A stretch of DNA of 64,000 bases, taken from contig CAWHXY010000004.1 in NCBI GenBank assembly GCA_963833575.1, positions 640,001 through 704,000 on the forward strand, read 5' to 3'. The stretch is from Candidatus Bathyarchaeota archaeon. Lineage in GTDB: Archaea > Thermoproteota > Bathyarchaeia > Bathyarchaeales > Bathycorpusculaceae. The notes beneath the pieces are model-generated. The model did no database searches and was not told where the DNA came from. It saw only the letters and a list, made by a program, of their open reading frames with translations. Within the stretch, counting starts at the first letter, position 1. Each line of letters begins with the position of its first letter. Shown here one piece after another: positions 40,488 to 50,534 of the stretch. Made by a program: the position numbers and the translations under genes.

Positions 40488-40782
40488 GTAGGAATTGAAT
40501 AGCTGTTAATATTTACCTTGTGCAATTCGAGTCAACCTCGTATATTCTTAGTTCCAAAATTTTGATCATATCTTTAAAAGGCCAATCGACTTTCAAAAAC
40601 ATACAATTGAAATTTATTTAATAATCTTAAATTGAATTTGTGGTAGATTTTTATTGGTTTTGTGCATGACGAAGTATGCTTTCTGACTGCCATTCTGCAG
40701 GCCCCATTTCTGTAAGGTTCATTCTTCCCACTTCGGAAGAATTTTGTAAGAAAAAAATCATCATTTGAGAAGAAAGATCAAG

Positions 40783-41910
40783 TTAAGAGATGATATCTTT
40801 TAGATTTGACCAGATACCACTTTGAAAAGCTTCTGCATTTAACCCAGAGATTTTTGTCCATAGGTCTTTGCGATTTTGCTCCCAACGATCGTCTGATAAT
40901 TCCATATAGCGAACAAATTTTTCTTTTAAATCTTCATAACTTGTCCATCTAAATTCTTCAGGAATGAATTCTCTCATTCCTCCACTATCATGAACTATCG
41001 TAACGCAGCCACTTGCTAAGGCTTCTATTGGTGCTATGCCGAAGTGTTCACCTTCCATTAAATGAACGTAAACTCGTGAGTTTTGAAGTGTCATTATTAA
41101 TTCTGAGCTGGGCAAATTAGTCTTTAAGATGTAGTTCTGTGGCAAGTTTTCTGAGAATTTAGCGAACCAATTTTTTTCAGCTCCAATTAATCCGCCAATA
41201 CTCTGAAATTCATATGAAGGCAAATCAATAGCCAATTTTTTCAATATTTCGTGTCTTTTTATCGGGATAAAACGAGCCACGTAAACTACTCGTTTGGTTC
41301 TCTCCGAAAGCGGTTTATCTGACCAGAAATTGTTCAAGTTTACTGGTGGGTAGGCAACAATTGGTTCTTTTACACTGTGTAGTTTCCAGTAGCGTTCAAT
41401 CATTCCTTTTGTATAGACGCTATTGCAGAAAACTAGATCGAGTTTACTTACTCCTTGTTCAACCCACTTCTTAAAAGGCCAAAGGTAAGCCTTCCGTTTT
41501 AGGTTGCTTCTATCATAATCATATTCTATTTCTGGAAAGTGAACGTATGCAATGTTCTTTTTGGCTTTAGTAAGAAATACAGGTTCGAATGGGGCGGAGG
41601 ATTGTGTGGAAAACAAATAGTCATATTGCAAATTGTCTCTGTATTTTTTTAGTAAGTTTACAAAATTACCTCGTCTTTTGTAAATCGTGAATGGTGGTTC
41701 AACTTCAATTCTTTTGCCCAATGAGTGAATGACAACAGTTTTAGGAAATTCTTCTCCCACAATCTCCTGATATCTATGAGCGTCAAAATCAAAGGTAAGT
41801 AATTCCACATTTTGACCATGAGCAACTAAAGCTTTGATTACATTGTGGCAAACTCTTTCGCCCCCTCCATAAATGTCTAAGTATGGATGCACTACAAGGA
41901 ATTTTGCCAA
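40783..41910 (-). CDS. GT4 glycosyltransferase (ALG11-like motifs)
   Basis: GGGERV, YVHFP, NSVYT, YPPV, EHFGIAPIEALASG. Confidence 0.85.
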   Translation of the reverse strand: MAKFLVVHPYLDIYGGGERVCHNVIKALVAHGQNVELLTFDFDAHRYQEIVGEEFPKTVVIHSLGKRIEVEPPFTIYKRRGNFVNLLKKYRDNLQYDYLFSTQSSAPFEPVFLTKAKKNIAYVHFPEIEYDYDRSNLKRKAYLWPFKKWVEQGVSKLDLVFCNSVYTKGMIERYWKLHSVKEPIVAYPPVNLNNFWSDKPLSERTKRVVYVARFIPIKRHEILKKLAIDLPSYEFQSIGGLIGAEKNWFAKFSENLPQNYILKTNLPSSELIMTLQNSRVYVHLMEGEHFGIAPIEALASGCVTIVHDSGGMREFIPEEFRWTSYEDLKEKFVRYMELSDDRWEQNRKDLWTKISGLNAEAFQSGIWSNLKDIIS

Positions 41911-42084
41911 TTAACTTGCTCCCAGTTTACTTTCTTCATTTTTTGATTTGCGCTATTTCAGTAAACCTAATGAAGTTTTACTTATAAGCTTGCCTTAACC
42001 AGCGATTACGTAACTTCCAAAATTTAGACACATCATGGAAACTACAGAACATTAATAAAGCCACATCTTTGATTTTTCTGTAAT

Positions 42085-42957
42085 ATGTTATTTGGAGGAC
42101 AAGGATTGAAAGTTGACTTGGTAATGTGGACCTTTAATGGCGAAAAAACACTGGCACTTGTCCTTAATCGTATTAACAAAATTATTCCTAAAGAAATTGT
42201 CAATAATAAAATCATTGTTGACGACGGCAGCAAAGATCAATCAGTTACAATAGCAAAGAATTGCGGATGGACTGTCATCAAGAATGAAGGCAAAGGAATA
42301 AGTGACGGCGCAAATACCGCCCTCAAACACGTCAAAACCGATTATTTTTGCAGCTTTGAACAAGACGTCTTTTTATCTAGCAATTGGTGGAAAGAAATTT
42401 CTAACCTAATAATAAACAAAAAAAGTGTTGCAGCCGCCTGCGGATTGCGTTTCCTACCGCGCAATAATTTTTGTTTCAGTATTGAACCATATCAACTAAC
42501 CAGAAAAAATATTGATTTTTACGGTGGATATGGAAAAACATTAGACAATACAATTTGGAACACAGACGCATTAAGGTCCGTAGGAGGATTTCCAAAAGTC
42601 AATTATGCAGGCATTGACACATTACTTTTCCATTCACTCGACTTAAAAGGTTACAGATGGCTAGTAAATTATGAAGTAACAAGTTTACATTTGCATCAAG
42701 GCGGTCTTTTGAACGAGTTCAAACACTATTATTTTTATGGCTTAAGCTTACCTGAGATTTACAATAGACTCAAGAAGTATAATTTTTATTCAAACGAGAC
42801 TGTGATGCGTTTGTTTCTCAGATTTGCCAAATCACCAATATCTAGCTTTAAGATGGCTTTAAAAATGCATGATTCAAGATTAATGTTCAGTTATCCAATC
42901 ATCAGGTTATGTTGGCTCATAGGATACATTCGCGGAACAAGTTTGAACAGCCCTTGA
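42085..42957 (+). CDS. GT2 family glycosyltransferase
   Basis: TFNGEKTL, IVDDGSKD, EQD, VGGF; likely true start is TTG at 42106. Confidence 0.85.
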   Translation: MLFGGQGLKVDLVMWTFNGEKTLALVLNRINKIIPKEIVNNKIIVDDGSKDQSVTIAKNCGWTVIKNEGKGISDGANTALKHVKTDYFCSFEQDVFLSSNWWKEISNLIINKKSVAAACGLRFLPRNNFCFSIEPYQLTRKNIDFYGGYGKTLDNTIWNTDALRSVGGFPKVNYAGIDTLLFHSLDLKGYRWLVNYEVTSLHLHQGGLLNEFKHYYFYGLSLPEIYNRLKKYNFYSNETVMRLFLRFAKSPISSFKMALKMHDSRLMFSYPIIRLCWLIGYIRGTSLNSP

Positions 42958-43053
42958 CAATTGAACATCAAAAATCTAATTCAAATATACAAAATATTTT
43001 CTAATTATCAAAGGCGAGAAACTATTTATCGATCGAAAAAACATTAGTGCACT

Positions 43054-43794
43054 ATGCCAACGTGCTCCGAGGCGAATTTTAAGCTTGATCTTGTTATTCC
43101 TACAAGAGAGAAACCAAACGATACATTGCTCCATATTGTAGAACGAATGCCTTGCGCAGGACAAATAATAATCACGACAGAACGACCGCTTAGTATTGCA
43201 CGAAAAAACGCTGTTTTACGAGCTGAAACCGAATGGGTAGCAATGATTGATGATGACATGCTCTTACCAGATAATTGGCTGCAACAAGTTACCGCAAATA
43301 TTGCTCCCAGCGTTGGTGCAATAGGAACAGTCGCAGTTCACAAGAACAAGCATGTTGCAGCTTATGACCGAGTAGTTGGAACCGTAGTTAAGCTAAACAA
43401 GATAGATACTTCGCCTCATATCAATAACGTAATTATTCGACGAAAAATCATGGAAAATTATAATCCACCTTCTTTGTTTTTCGGCGAAGACCAGCAACTT
43501 AAAAGATATGTTGAAAAAACTGGGTACACTTGGAAAGTGCTACCGTTTCTCGGGGCAACACACCTTGGCTCCTCTAAAAACTACGTTTTGATTGGCATAT
43601 CATACAGACGGTATGGTCACTTTTCTGTTTTCCAGCTCGTAAGAAGAATGGTAGCTAGATTTATTTTTACACCATTTGCAGCGATTAATAATCTAAGCTT
43701 TAAGACATTTTGGTACTTGTCTAAACTAAATGTCGAGTTCATAGCTGGTTGGGCAAAGGAGCTTGTTGCTGAAAAATTAAGAGACAGTAAATGA
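43054..43794 (+). CDS. GT2 family glycosyltransferase
   Basis: VIPT, ARKN, IDDD, GED. Confidence 0.8.
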   Translation: MPTCSEANFKLDLVIPTREKPNDTLLHIVERMPCAGQIIITTERPLSIARKNAVLRAETEWVAMIDDDMLLPDNWLQQVTANIAPSVGAIGTVAVHKNKHVAAYDRVVGTVVKLNKIDTSPHINNVIIRRKIMENYNPPSLFFGEDQQLKRYVEKTGYTWKVLPFLGATHLGSSKNYVLIGISYRRYGHFSVFQLVRRMVARFIFTPFAAINNLSFKTFWYLSKLNVEFIAGWAKELVAEKLRDSK

Positions 43795-43800
43795 AGAAAA

Positions 43801-44676
43801 TTATTGGCACTCTTCAGATTTGCTAGTCTGATGCGTAATTTCGGTCTCTAATGCTTCAGCTCGTGCTTTAACTTTCTCGGCTTCTGCCTGAATGCTTTTG
43901 TCTTTAATTTCTTGCTTACGTTTTTCATTCGATTCCAGAATTAATTGCAAAAACTTCGAGTCATAAACTTCTGACAGTAGTTCAGTGTTAGGTATCAAAC
44001 AGTGCCCACCTATGACTCCTGGAAACATTACAGGTCTATCAAAACGTACACGATGGGTGTCCTCAAGAAAATCAACTGTCTCGTCAAAATCGGCACCGAA
44101 AGCCTTTGAAATTCGATGCATCTCCTGAAAACAAGCTATCATCCACGCACGGTAGGTTGTTTCAAAAAGCTTTGCTAACTCGGTTTCCTTGCAGCTTTTG
44201 AGAACTGTGACTTTTAAGCCCAGTTTCTTAAAGTGGGTACTAGCTTCTTTTGCGGCTTCGGCATTTGCGCCACCGATATATTTTGTCCATCGCTTCATTT
44301 CCCATATCATATGACTATCGTTTATGTGTACGCCGCGTGAGGGTGAATGAGCAACCAGGCACTTGCATTGCTCAGCAATTTTCATTGTTGTACCTGGAGG
44401 AACGGTGCTGTTGATAATTGTGAGGTTTGGCTTGAACTCTTCGATGTAGCCAATTGTTACGTCAGCGAATTTTTGTTCACTACTGCATGGCAAACAAATG
44501 TGCATTGTGTCGATTTTGCTTGGTATGTTTTTTCTTTCTTGTCCAAGTTGCTTCATTTTTGTTTGATCAAGATCCAAGCCGTAAACATCAAAACTTTCTT
44601 TTGCATCTTTCAATAAGGCAAATAGCGTGTGGCCTATCTCACCTATGCCTAATATCAAAACTATTTCTTTATCCAA
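43801..44676 (-). CDS. Short nucleotide-sugar dehydrogenase (UDP-glucose/GDP-mannose DH family)
   Basis: GIGEIG, STVPPGTT, ELAKLFET, GGHCL. Confidence 0.8.
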   Translation of the reverse strand: MDKEIVLILGIGEIGHTLFALLKDAKESFDVYGLDLDQTKMKQLGQERKNIPSKIDTMHICLPCSSEQKFADVTIGYIEEFKPNLTIINSTVPPGTTMKIAEQCKCLVAHSPSRGVHINDSHMIWEMKRWTKYIGGANAEAAKEASTHFKKLGLKVTVLKSCKETELAKLFETTYRAWMIACFQEMHRISKAFGADFDETVDFLEDTHRVRFDRPVMFPGVIGGHCLIPNTELLSEVYDSKFLQLILESNEKRKQEIKDKSIQAEAEKVKARAEALETEITHQTSKSEECQ

Positions 44677-44748
44677 GTGCCCATTCCAGCCTTTGAAAAG
44701 TCAAGTTGATGTTAAACTATTTAAATCTGGAGCTTAACAGGAGAGCTT

Positions 44749-45261
44749 ATGCTAAACCCAAAGAAAGGAATAGGCATCGTTACAGGAGCCAACGTGAAAA
44801 TAGGAATTAACGTCGCCATCTGGAATTACGTTGTAATAGGTGACAACACAAAAATCGGCGACGGAACCCTCATCGGAAGCTTCTGCGACATAGGCAAAGA
44901 TGTGGTTTTAGGCAAAAACTGCAACATACAGGCACATGTAACCATCTCAAACGGTTGCATATTAGGTGATAACGTGTTTATTGCGCCCAACAGCTCGCTT
45001 CTAAACGATAAGTACCCAAAAAGCCCATTCCTGACACCCCCAATCGTTAAGGATAACGCAGTAATTGGCGGAGGTGTCACCATACTACCAGATGTAACAA
45101 TAGGTGAGAAAGCAGTGATCGGAGGGGGAAGCGTGGTCACTAAAAACGTTCCTCCCAGAACTGTATCAGCCGGTGATCCCGCAAAGATTGTTATGACGCT
45201 TGAAGATTATGAAGCCAAACGCGACGCCTTCATTAAAGCAAAATCTAAGGTGAAGAAATGA
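44749..45261 (+). CDS. Hexapeptide-repeat sugar N-acyltransferase (WbpD-like)
   Basis: Left-handed beta-helix repeats, NDKYP, GSVVTKNVP..GDPA. Confidence 0.85.
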   Translation: MLNPKKGIGIVTGANVKIGINVAIWNYVVIGDNTKIGDGTLIGSFCDIGKDVVLGKNCNIQAHVTISNGCILGDNVFIAPNSSLLNDKYPKSPFLTPPIVKDNAVIGGGVTILPDVTIGEKAVIGGGSVVTKNVPPRTVSAGDPAKIVMTLEDYEAKRDAFIKAKSKVKK

Positions 45262-46241
45262 AAATATGGTATGACGCCTGCACTGGCAAACACGTCAGGT
45301 ATGGTTCAGCTATTGGGCAGCGTCTTAGAAAATCAGGGCATGATTTTATTTTTACAACCCGCGAGCATCCAGACACCATACCGTTAGCCAAAATCCTCGG
45401 AGAAAAACCCATTGTGGTTGGCAAGTACAATCCATCAACGCTTTTCTCTAGACTTGAGGAGAGTGCTGAACGCGTAATGCTGTTTTCCAAGCTCTTCAAA
45501 GATAACCCCCCAGACATTGCCATAGCTCACCAATCTGTCGAGTTATGCCGCACTGCCTACGGTTTAAAAATTCCAATAATCTTGACCGCAGACACGCCTT
45601 ACGCCACTTCAGTTAACAAGTTAACAATTCCCTTCGCACACACAGTCGTAGTTTGCGAAGCCTTGCCCCGTCGTTTCACCGCCGAGAACTGCGCCAAAAA
45701 CGTTGTTCCCTTCAAAGGCGTAGACGAGGTCGCATGGATTAAAGGGTTTAAACCAACAAAAATCCCCAATCTAAAGAAACCTCTGATAGTTATCCGGCAA
45801 GTTGAAACAAAAGCAGCTTACGCAAGCGGCAAAAAAGACAGCGCACAAAGTATCGCTGACAAGCTTTCTGCCTATGGCAATGTGCATTTTATTGAAAGGT
45901 ACAACAATGAGGGAAAATCATTCGGCGTCAAAGATGGTTTTGTTGATTCAGCAAGTTTAGTTTCAAACGCTGACTTGGTGGTCAGCTATGGGGGAACGAT
46001 TGCAAGGGAAGCAGCTCTTCAAGGAGTACCCAGCATAGCTATCTCTGACATGGCTAAAACCTACGTTAACACATATCTCACCAAGAAAGGGTTCCCTCTG
46101 TTTGCCACAACAGAACGCAGTGTGTTGGCGTATGCAAAAAAGTATTTAGGCAAAAGATTCGACATGCAAGCTAATCTTGATGAATTGGAGAGCCCTGTTG
46201 ACGTAATAGAAAAAGTCGTTGAAAGCTTCAAACAGAAGTAA
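45258..46241 (+). CDS. DUF354 family GT-B-like protein
   Basis: KIWYD..KHV, GGTIAREAALQGVPSI. Confidence 0.85.
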   Translation: MKIWYDACTGKHVRYGSAIGQRLRKSGHDFIFTTREHPDTIPLAKILGEKPIVVGKYNPSTLFSRLEESAERVMLFSKLFKDNPPDIAIAHQSVELCRTAYGLKIPIILTADTPYATSVNKLTIPFAHTVVVCEALPRRFTAENCAKNVVPFKGVDEVAWIKGFKPTKIPNLKKPLIVIRQVETKAAYASGKKDSAQSIADKLSAYGNVHFIERYNNEGKSFGVKDGFVDSASLVSNADLVVSYGGTIAREAALQGVPSIAISDMAKTYVNTYLTKKGFPLFATTERSVLAYAKKYLGKRFDMQANLDELESPVDVIEKVVESFKQK

Positions 46242-47001
46242 CTGTGATTTTATCGCCTACTTTCAAATTAAACTTGCCCGCTGCGCTTCCCTGGTTTATT
46301 GCTATTTCGACAAACCCAGAGCTTCCAATCAAAACAATGGGCTTATTTGGATCTGCGTCCGAATAGGCTTTTCCGCGTTTGACCTTTATTGAAACCTCGG
46401 GAAACCGTACATTGATAATTTTAGAATCCAGCATTTTTTCTTCTTTTATGTTAGTCACAATGTTGCCGAAGCCATCGACGTATATTATTTCACTGGTCAA
46501 AACGCTGCTAATTTGTTGGGGTTCAGAGAAGTTGAGTGCAACTGGATTTTTTATTTCTTGTCCAAACTCGCTTATTTTAACGCCTTTGTCTACGTAGGCT
46601 GCAGTTGGTGCAAAAATGTCTCTTCCATGAAAAGTGTTAGAAGAGTGAGGAAGCATCAAATTGGGGTTTGAAAGTTCACAGATGTTTTCTATTCCTTGGG
46701 TTTTGGCTGCTAACATTAAAATTCCGTTGTCAGGTCCTACAAAATAAGCTCTCTTGGTTTGGATGATTATGGCGCGTCTTTCCGTTCCCACCCCAGGGTC
46801 TACCACAGCTAAATGAACAGTGTCTTTGGGAAAGTACGGAACCGCTGAAGCCAACGTGAAAGCCGCCATTTTAATGTTGAACTTTTCAATATCATGAGTT
46901 ATGTCGATTATTGTGGCTTTTGGATTTAGTGTCAGGATGGCGCCTTTCATTTCCCCAACGTATGGATCTTTTAATCCAAAGTCACTAATCAGAGTTATCA
47001 T
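46228..47001 (-). CDS. SAM hydroxide adenosyltransferase (DUF62)
   Basis: SDFG..DPYVG, VVDPGVGT.R, GPDNG, TFHGRDIFAP, DGFGN. Confidence 0.93.
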   Translation of the reverse strand: MITLISDFGLKDPYVGEMKGAILTLNPKATIIDITHDIEKFNIKMAAFTLASAVPYFPKDTVHLAVVDPGVGTERRAIIIQTKRAYFVGPDNGILMLAAKTQGIENICELSNPNLMLPHSSNTFHGRDIFAPTAAYVDKGVKISEFGQEIKNPVALNFSEPQQISSVLTSEIIYVDGFGNIVTNIKEEKMLDSKIINVRFPEVSIKVKRGKAYSDADPNKPIVLIGSSGFVEIAINQGSAAGKFNLKVGDKITVTSV

Positions 47002-47006
47002 AAACG

Positions 47007-47291
47007 TTAACCGCCGTGTACAACAGGAACGAAAACGATTTCGTCACCGTCGTCTAATTTGGTTTCTAAACCATTCAGAACGCTGATTTCCCGACCATTT
47101 ACAAGTATTAAAGAATTTGATCTTGAATCGTTGAGTTGCTGGTCACTGAAGGTTTTTTTCAGCGCGGGCAATTCTTGACTAAGTTTGACTAGTAAGTCTT
47201 TTAGCGATATGCCTTCTTGATAATTAAGGGTTAACTGTGTTTTACTTGAGATGTGGCGTAATGCACCGATGAATTTTATGGTCAGAGTCAT
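47007..47291 (-). CDS. MoaD/ThiS/SAMP ubiquitin-like protein
   Basis: ILVNGREI, C-terminal HGG. Confidence 0.9.
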   Translation of the reverse strand: MTLTIKFIGALRHISSKTQLTLNYQEGISLKDLLVKLSQELPALKKTFSDQQLNDSRSNSLILVNGREISVLNGLETKLDDGDEIVFVPVVHGG

Positions 47292-47359
47292 TTAGTCGCT
47301 TCACTTCAATCTATAGAATCAGATTATGTTAAATTATTTTTGCAGTTCTAAGAGTTACT

Positions 47360-47737
47360 TTAAAAGTTCTGGAATCTTTCTTCAGTTAAAGTTTCCACAA
47401 TGTCAGTTGCAATGCCAACGATTGAGTCAGCTTGCTTCATCATTGCATCGCCGTTCACTTCTTCTAACTGTGAAATTTGCTGTATAATACTTTCAATTTC
47501 AATTAGAAAACGTAGAATTGAATCGTTTGTATTTGGATTTTTAGTTACCTCTTCCCGAATAAGTATTTCTATGAAAGCTGGTTCACCAAGGCTATAGTAA
47601 ATAGCGTTTCTTGCTTTCCTTATGGCTTCCAAAACTAAGCCAGGCGCCATATAAGGTATTTTTCGCGCTGCTTCCAATTCAGCCTTTGCTTCGCGCAGAT
47701 ATCTTAGCGCCCAACCTTTTCTATACTCATCCATCAT
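47360..47737 (-). CDS. Hypothetical helical protein (HEPN-like start)
   Basis: WALRYLREAKAELEAA; co-directional with rps17e and the SAMP gene. Confidence 0.65.
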   Translation of the reverse strand: MMDEYRKGWALRYLREAKAELEAARKIPYMAPGLVLEAIRKARNAIYYSLGEPAFIEILIREEVTKNPNTNDSILRFLIEIESIIQQISQLEEVNGDAMMKQADSIVGIATDIVETLTEERFQNF

Positions 47738-47763
47738 AGAAGTTACTTTTCCAAAATTGCTAG

Positions 47764-48003
47764 TTAATCCGATTCTTCTTCGTCGTCTCCATCATCAGAG
47801 TCAATTGCATTGTCTGTTTGAGCTAATGCTTTGGTACGGGTTATGTATCCAGCTATCTGGTTTCTTACTCGCGTGGTTGTGCCTTTCGTCAAATTATCAA
47901 CTGAACGTTTGTTTTCATCAAAGCTGATGGTAAATGTGGTTGGAAATCGACGCATGAGTTCTTTGCCTGCTCGTTTAACTTGATCAGTCTTTACTTTTCC
48001 CAA
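47764..48003 (-). CDS. rps17e: 30S ribosomal protein S17e
   Basis: MGKVKT..VKR, FDENK, RNQIAGYITR; acidic tail. Confidence 0.95.
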   Translation of the reverse strand: MGKVKTDQVKRAGKELMRRFPTTFTISFDENKRSVDNLTKGTTTRVRNQIAGYITRTKALAQTDNAIDSDDGDDEEESD

Positions 48004-48463
48004 ATTTCAATTCCTCGGAATTATCAATATTTTAAGTTGTCCGTCGCTTAAAAGCGTAGGAGCAATTCTCAATAGATAACAGGCTTAATTTAAGCTTACG
48101 GCTTACATTGCCAGATTAACTGAGCGATTAAAGACAGATACACTATTATTTAGAGAAACATGCCGTGGAAATCCTACCAGTAAGCTAGTTAGTCATTTGC
48201 AGTTTTTAGTCTGAGATTTTTGTTTGTGTTTTTGATTGCTTTTTTAATTTAGGGCTTGAATTGTTTGCAGGTTGCGTCTAGAAGTGTCCCGAATTGTCCC
48301 TAGAAATTCTACAACCAAGAGATATTCTCAGTTTTGAAGCTGCTTAATTTGAACAGCTTGAATTCAATTCTTTTTAGCTTCAGCGATTAGAATTTTTATA
48401 GGTTAAATGGAAAAAGTTAGTTGTGGCTAGATTTAGGATCTGCAAATTTTCTGAGATGCTTGG

Positions 48464-49237
48464 TTAGTTTAGCTTTATGTTAAAGAAAGTCTCAAAGTTT
48501 TTGGCGATTTGTTCTGAAACAGCCTCAATCTGCATTTTCTTGATCTCAGCCACAGCTTCTACGACGTTGTGTATGAAAGAAGGCTTGGTTAATTGTCCGT
48601 TGTATGGGCGTTTCCAATAGGTTACGGGGCCGTCTGTTTCTGTTAAAAAGTTTGTCAGAGGCACTTTCTCTACGACTTCTCGGATGCCGTTGGAGTAAGT
48701 CACTGGCGGACCTTCAGTGATAAAGTATCCTTCGTCCATGGCTTTGTCTAAGGCGCTCATTGGATGACTAAACCAGTGTAACAGCACCTGTTTCAGACGG
48801 TAAGATGGAAGTATTTCAACAACTTTGTCGGTTGTACCTCTTGAATGAATAACTACGGGAAGCTCAAGTGTTTCAGCAAGCTTTAGCATTCTGTCAAAGA
48901 CCATAGTTTGTTTTTCCCAAATTGTTTCGTACTTATAGTCTAAACCGATTTCACCAATTGCTTTTATGTTGTTTTTTTGTTTTTGGATAAAATCGATTGT
49001 TTCTTCAAGCTCGTTCTCTTTAAGGACGTTAACGTTCCATGGATGAATACCTAAAGCGGGGTAAACTAGGTTTGGGTATTTCTCTGCAAGAAGAATATCA
49101 TTTTGGCAGGTCTTGAAATCCATCGAATTTGTAACTAATGCCATTACACCTGCAGTTTTTGCATCTGCTATGAGCTCATCAATATGACCAATATATTCTG
49201 CATCTGAAAGGTGAACATGCGCATCTATTAGCTTCAT
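48464..49237 (-). CDS. tatD: TatD family nuclease
   Basis: IDAHVHL, GIHP, IGEIGLD, IHSR, ETDGP. Confidence 0.93.
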   Translation of the reverse strand: MKLIDAHVHLSDAEYIGHIDELIADAKTAGVMALVTNSMDFKTCQNDILLAEKYPNLVYPALGIHPWNVNVLKENELEETIDFIQKQKNNIKAIGEIGLDYKYETIWEKQTMVFDRMLKLAETLELPVVIHSRGTTDKVVEILPSYRLKQVLLHWFSHPMSALDKAMDEGYFITEGPPVTYSNGIREVVEKVPLTNFLTETDGPVTYWKRPYNGQLTKPSFIHNVVEAVAEIKKMQIEAVSEQIAKNFETFFNIKLN

Positions 49238-49384
49238 TTTTCTCAGCGCTAATATAATCTTAGCATTTTTATAATTTTCTTCTCTCATCAACCAAGTTTT
49301 ATGTCAAGGATAATTTAAAGAAAAAAGCGACAACAAAGGTTAAATATTGCTTTAAAATGAAAAAGAAGCAACGGAGATGTCTTT

Positions 49385-49606
49385 ATGACCGATTTAGAAA
49401 TAGCTGTAGCGCCCATGCACAGATTATGCAAAAAAGCCGGCGCCGATAGAGTAAGTGAAGCAGCAGCAAAAGAACTTGCAAAAGCACTTGAAGAAATTGG
49501 TGTCAAGATTGCTAAAGAAGCATTGGATTTTGCGATGCACGCTGGCAGAAAAACCATAAAATCTGAAGATATAGAGATTGCAGCAAAAAAAGTCATGGGA
49601 AAATAA
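49385..49606 (+). CDS. Archaeal histone
   Basis: [13 protein letters not shown]...[12 protein letters not shown]. Confidence 0.96.
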   Translation: MTDLEIAVAPMHRLCKKAGADRVSEAAAKELAKALEEIGVKIAKEALDFAMHAGRKTIKSEDIEIAAKKVMGK

Positions 49607-49619
49607 TAATCTAATAATA

Positions 49620-49643
49620 GTTTTTCTCCCTTTCTTCTTTTTT
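49620..49643 (+). terminator. Oligo-T terminator after the histone gene
   Basis: Pyrimidine/T tract shortly after the stop codon. Confidence 0.5.
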
Positions 49644-49699
49644 GTAGTCGTTAACTCATTTATGACGTTTTCAAAAGAATAAATATAAAACTTAGCTTT

Positions 49700-50452
49700 T
49701 CAAGCAGTTGCTGAAGAATCCCAAAGGAACTGGAAATATTCACGGGCGAAACCAACCAAACCTACATGATTACTCCATATGACCAGTGTAGGTTTGTCTT
49801 CACCCAGAAAAAGCATAGCTTCTTTGCCATCAGCAATTACACCACCTCCAAACATGTGATCTCTTATACGTAGCTCTTTCAAACCAGTGTATTTTCTCAA
49901 GAAAAGCCAGTCTTCTTTTTTCCCAGCAGCCATGAGTTTAACGCTAACAGTTTTTTTTAAGCCGTTACCCAGCAATGGTTCAGCTAAAGCAATTACTGGT
50001 TTAGCAAACTCTGGTGCTGCAATTACAACTTCTTTGGTAGCTTTGGTTAAGACTTCTTCAAGTTTTCCGAGAACGGCTTGTTGACCACGCAGTATAAGCA
50101 TGTCTGGTCGCTCGATGAGTTCTCGTTTTTCATATAACGGTTGAAGCGTTTCAGTGACAGTATTTTCCCAACTCAAGTATTTATCCTCAAGCCGCATCTT
50201 CGTGGATCTTGTCGCTTCGAGAGGCGGAACGGGGTAATATTTGAAGGGGCGACTCTCGTTGCTCTTTATCCAACCCTTTTCTTTAAGGGAGTTAAGAACT
50301 TCATAGATTTTACTATAGGGCACTTTGGCTTCTTGACTTATCTCCATAGCGGTCATTTGACCGCCGCCTAACAATATTATGTAAGCGTCAATTTCGTAGG
50401 CGTTTAAGCCCATTTCTCTCAAAGCGGCTCGAGTGTTCTCGTTAATTGCCAT
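49700..50452 (-). CDS. TrmB family regulator
   Basis: GLNAYE, VPYSKIYEVLNSL..KGW, C-terminal YFQFLW. Confidence 0.9.
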   Translation of the reverse strand: MAINENTRAALREMGLNAYEIDAYIILLGGGQMTAMEISQEAKVPYSKIYEVLNSLKEKGWIKSNESRPFKYYPVPPLEATRSTKMRLEDKYLSWENTVTETLQPLYEKRELIERPDMLILRGQQAVLGKLEEVLTKATKEVVIAAPEFAKPVIALAEPLLGNGLKKTVSVKLMAAGKKEDWLFLRKYTGLKELRIRDHMFGGGVIADGKEAMLFLGEDKPTLVIWSNHVGLVGFAREYFQFLWDSSATA

Positions 50453-50534
50453 ATTCTCCCCTCAATCACCTTATGAAACGTCTGGAAACCTTATTATCAT
50501 TACGTTTGCACTTAAGCCCTTCTAAAGCGCTTAG

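Noticed and set aside
40680-40770. Possible C/D box sRNA (ATGATGA on the minus strand)
   Set aside because: No properly spaced CTGA D or D' boxes.
48158-48180. GTGGAAA as an ORB-like origin box
   Set aside because: Single weak match, no G-string and no cdc6/orc1 gene nearby.
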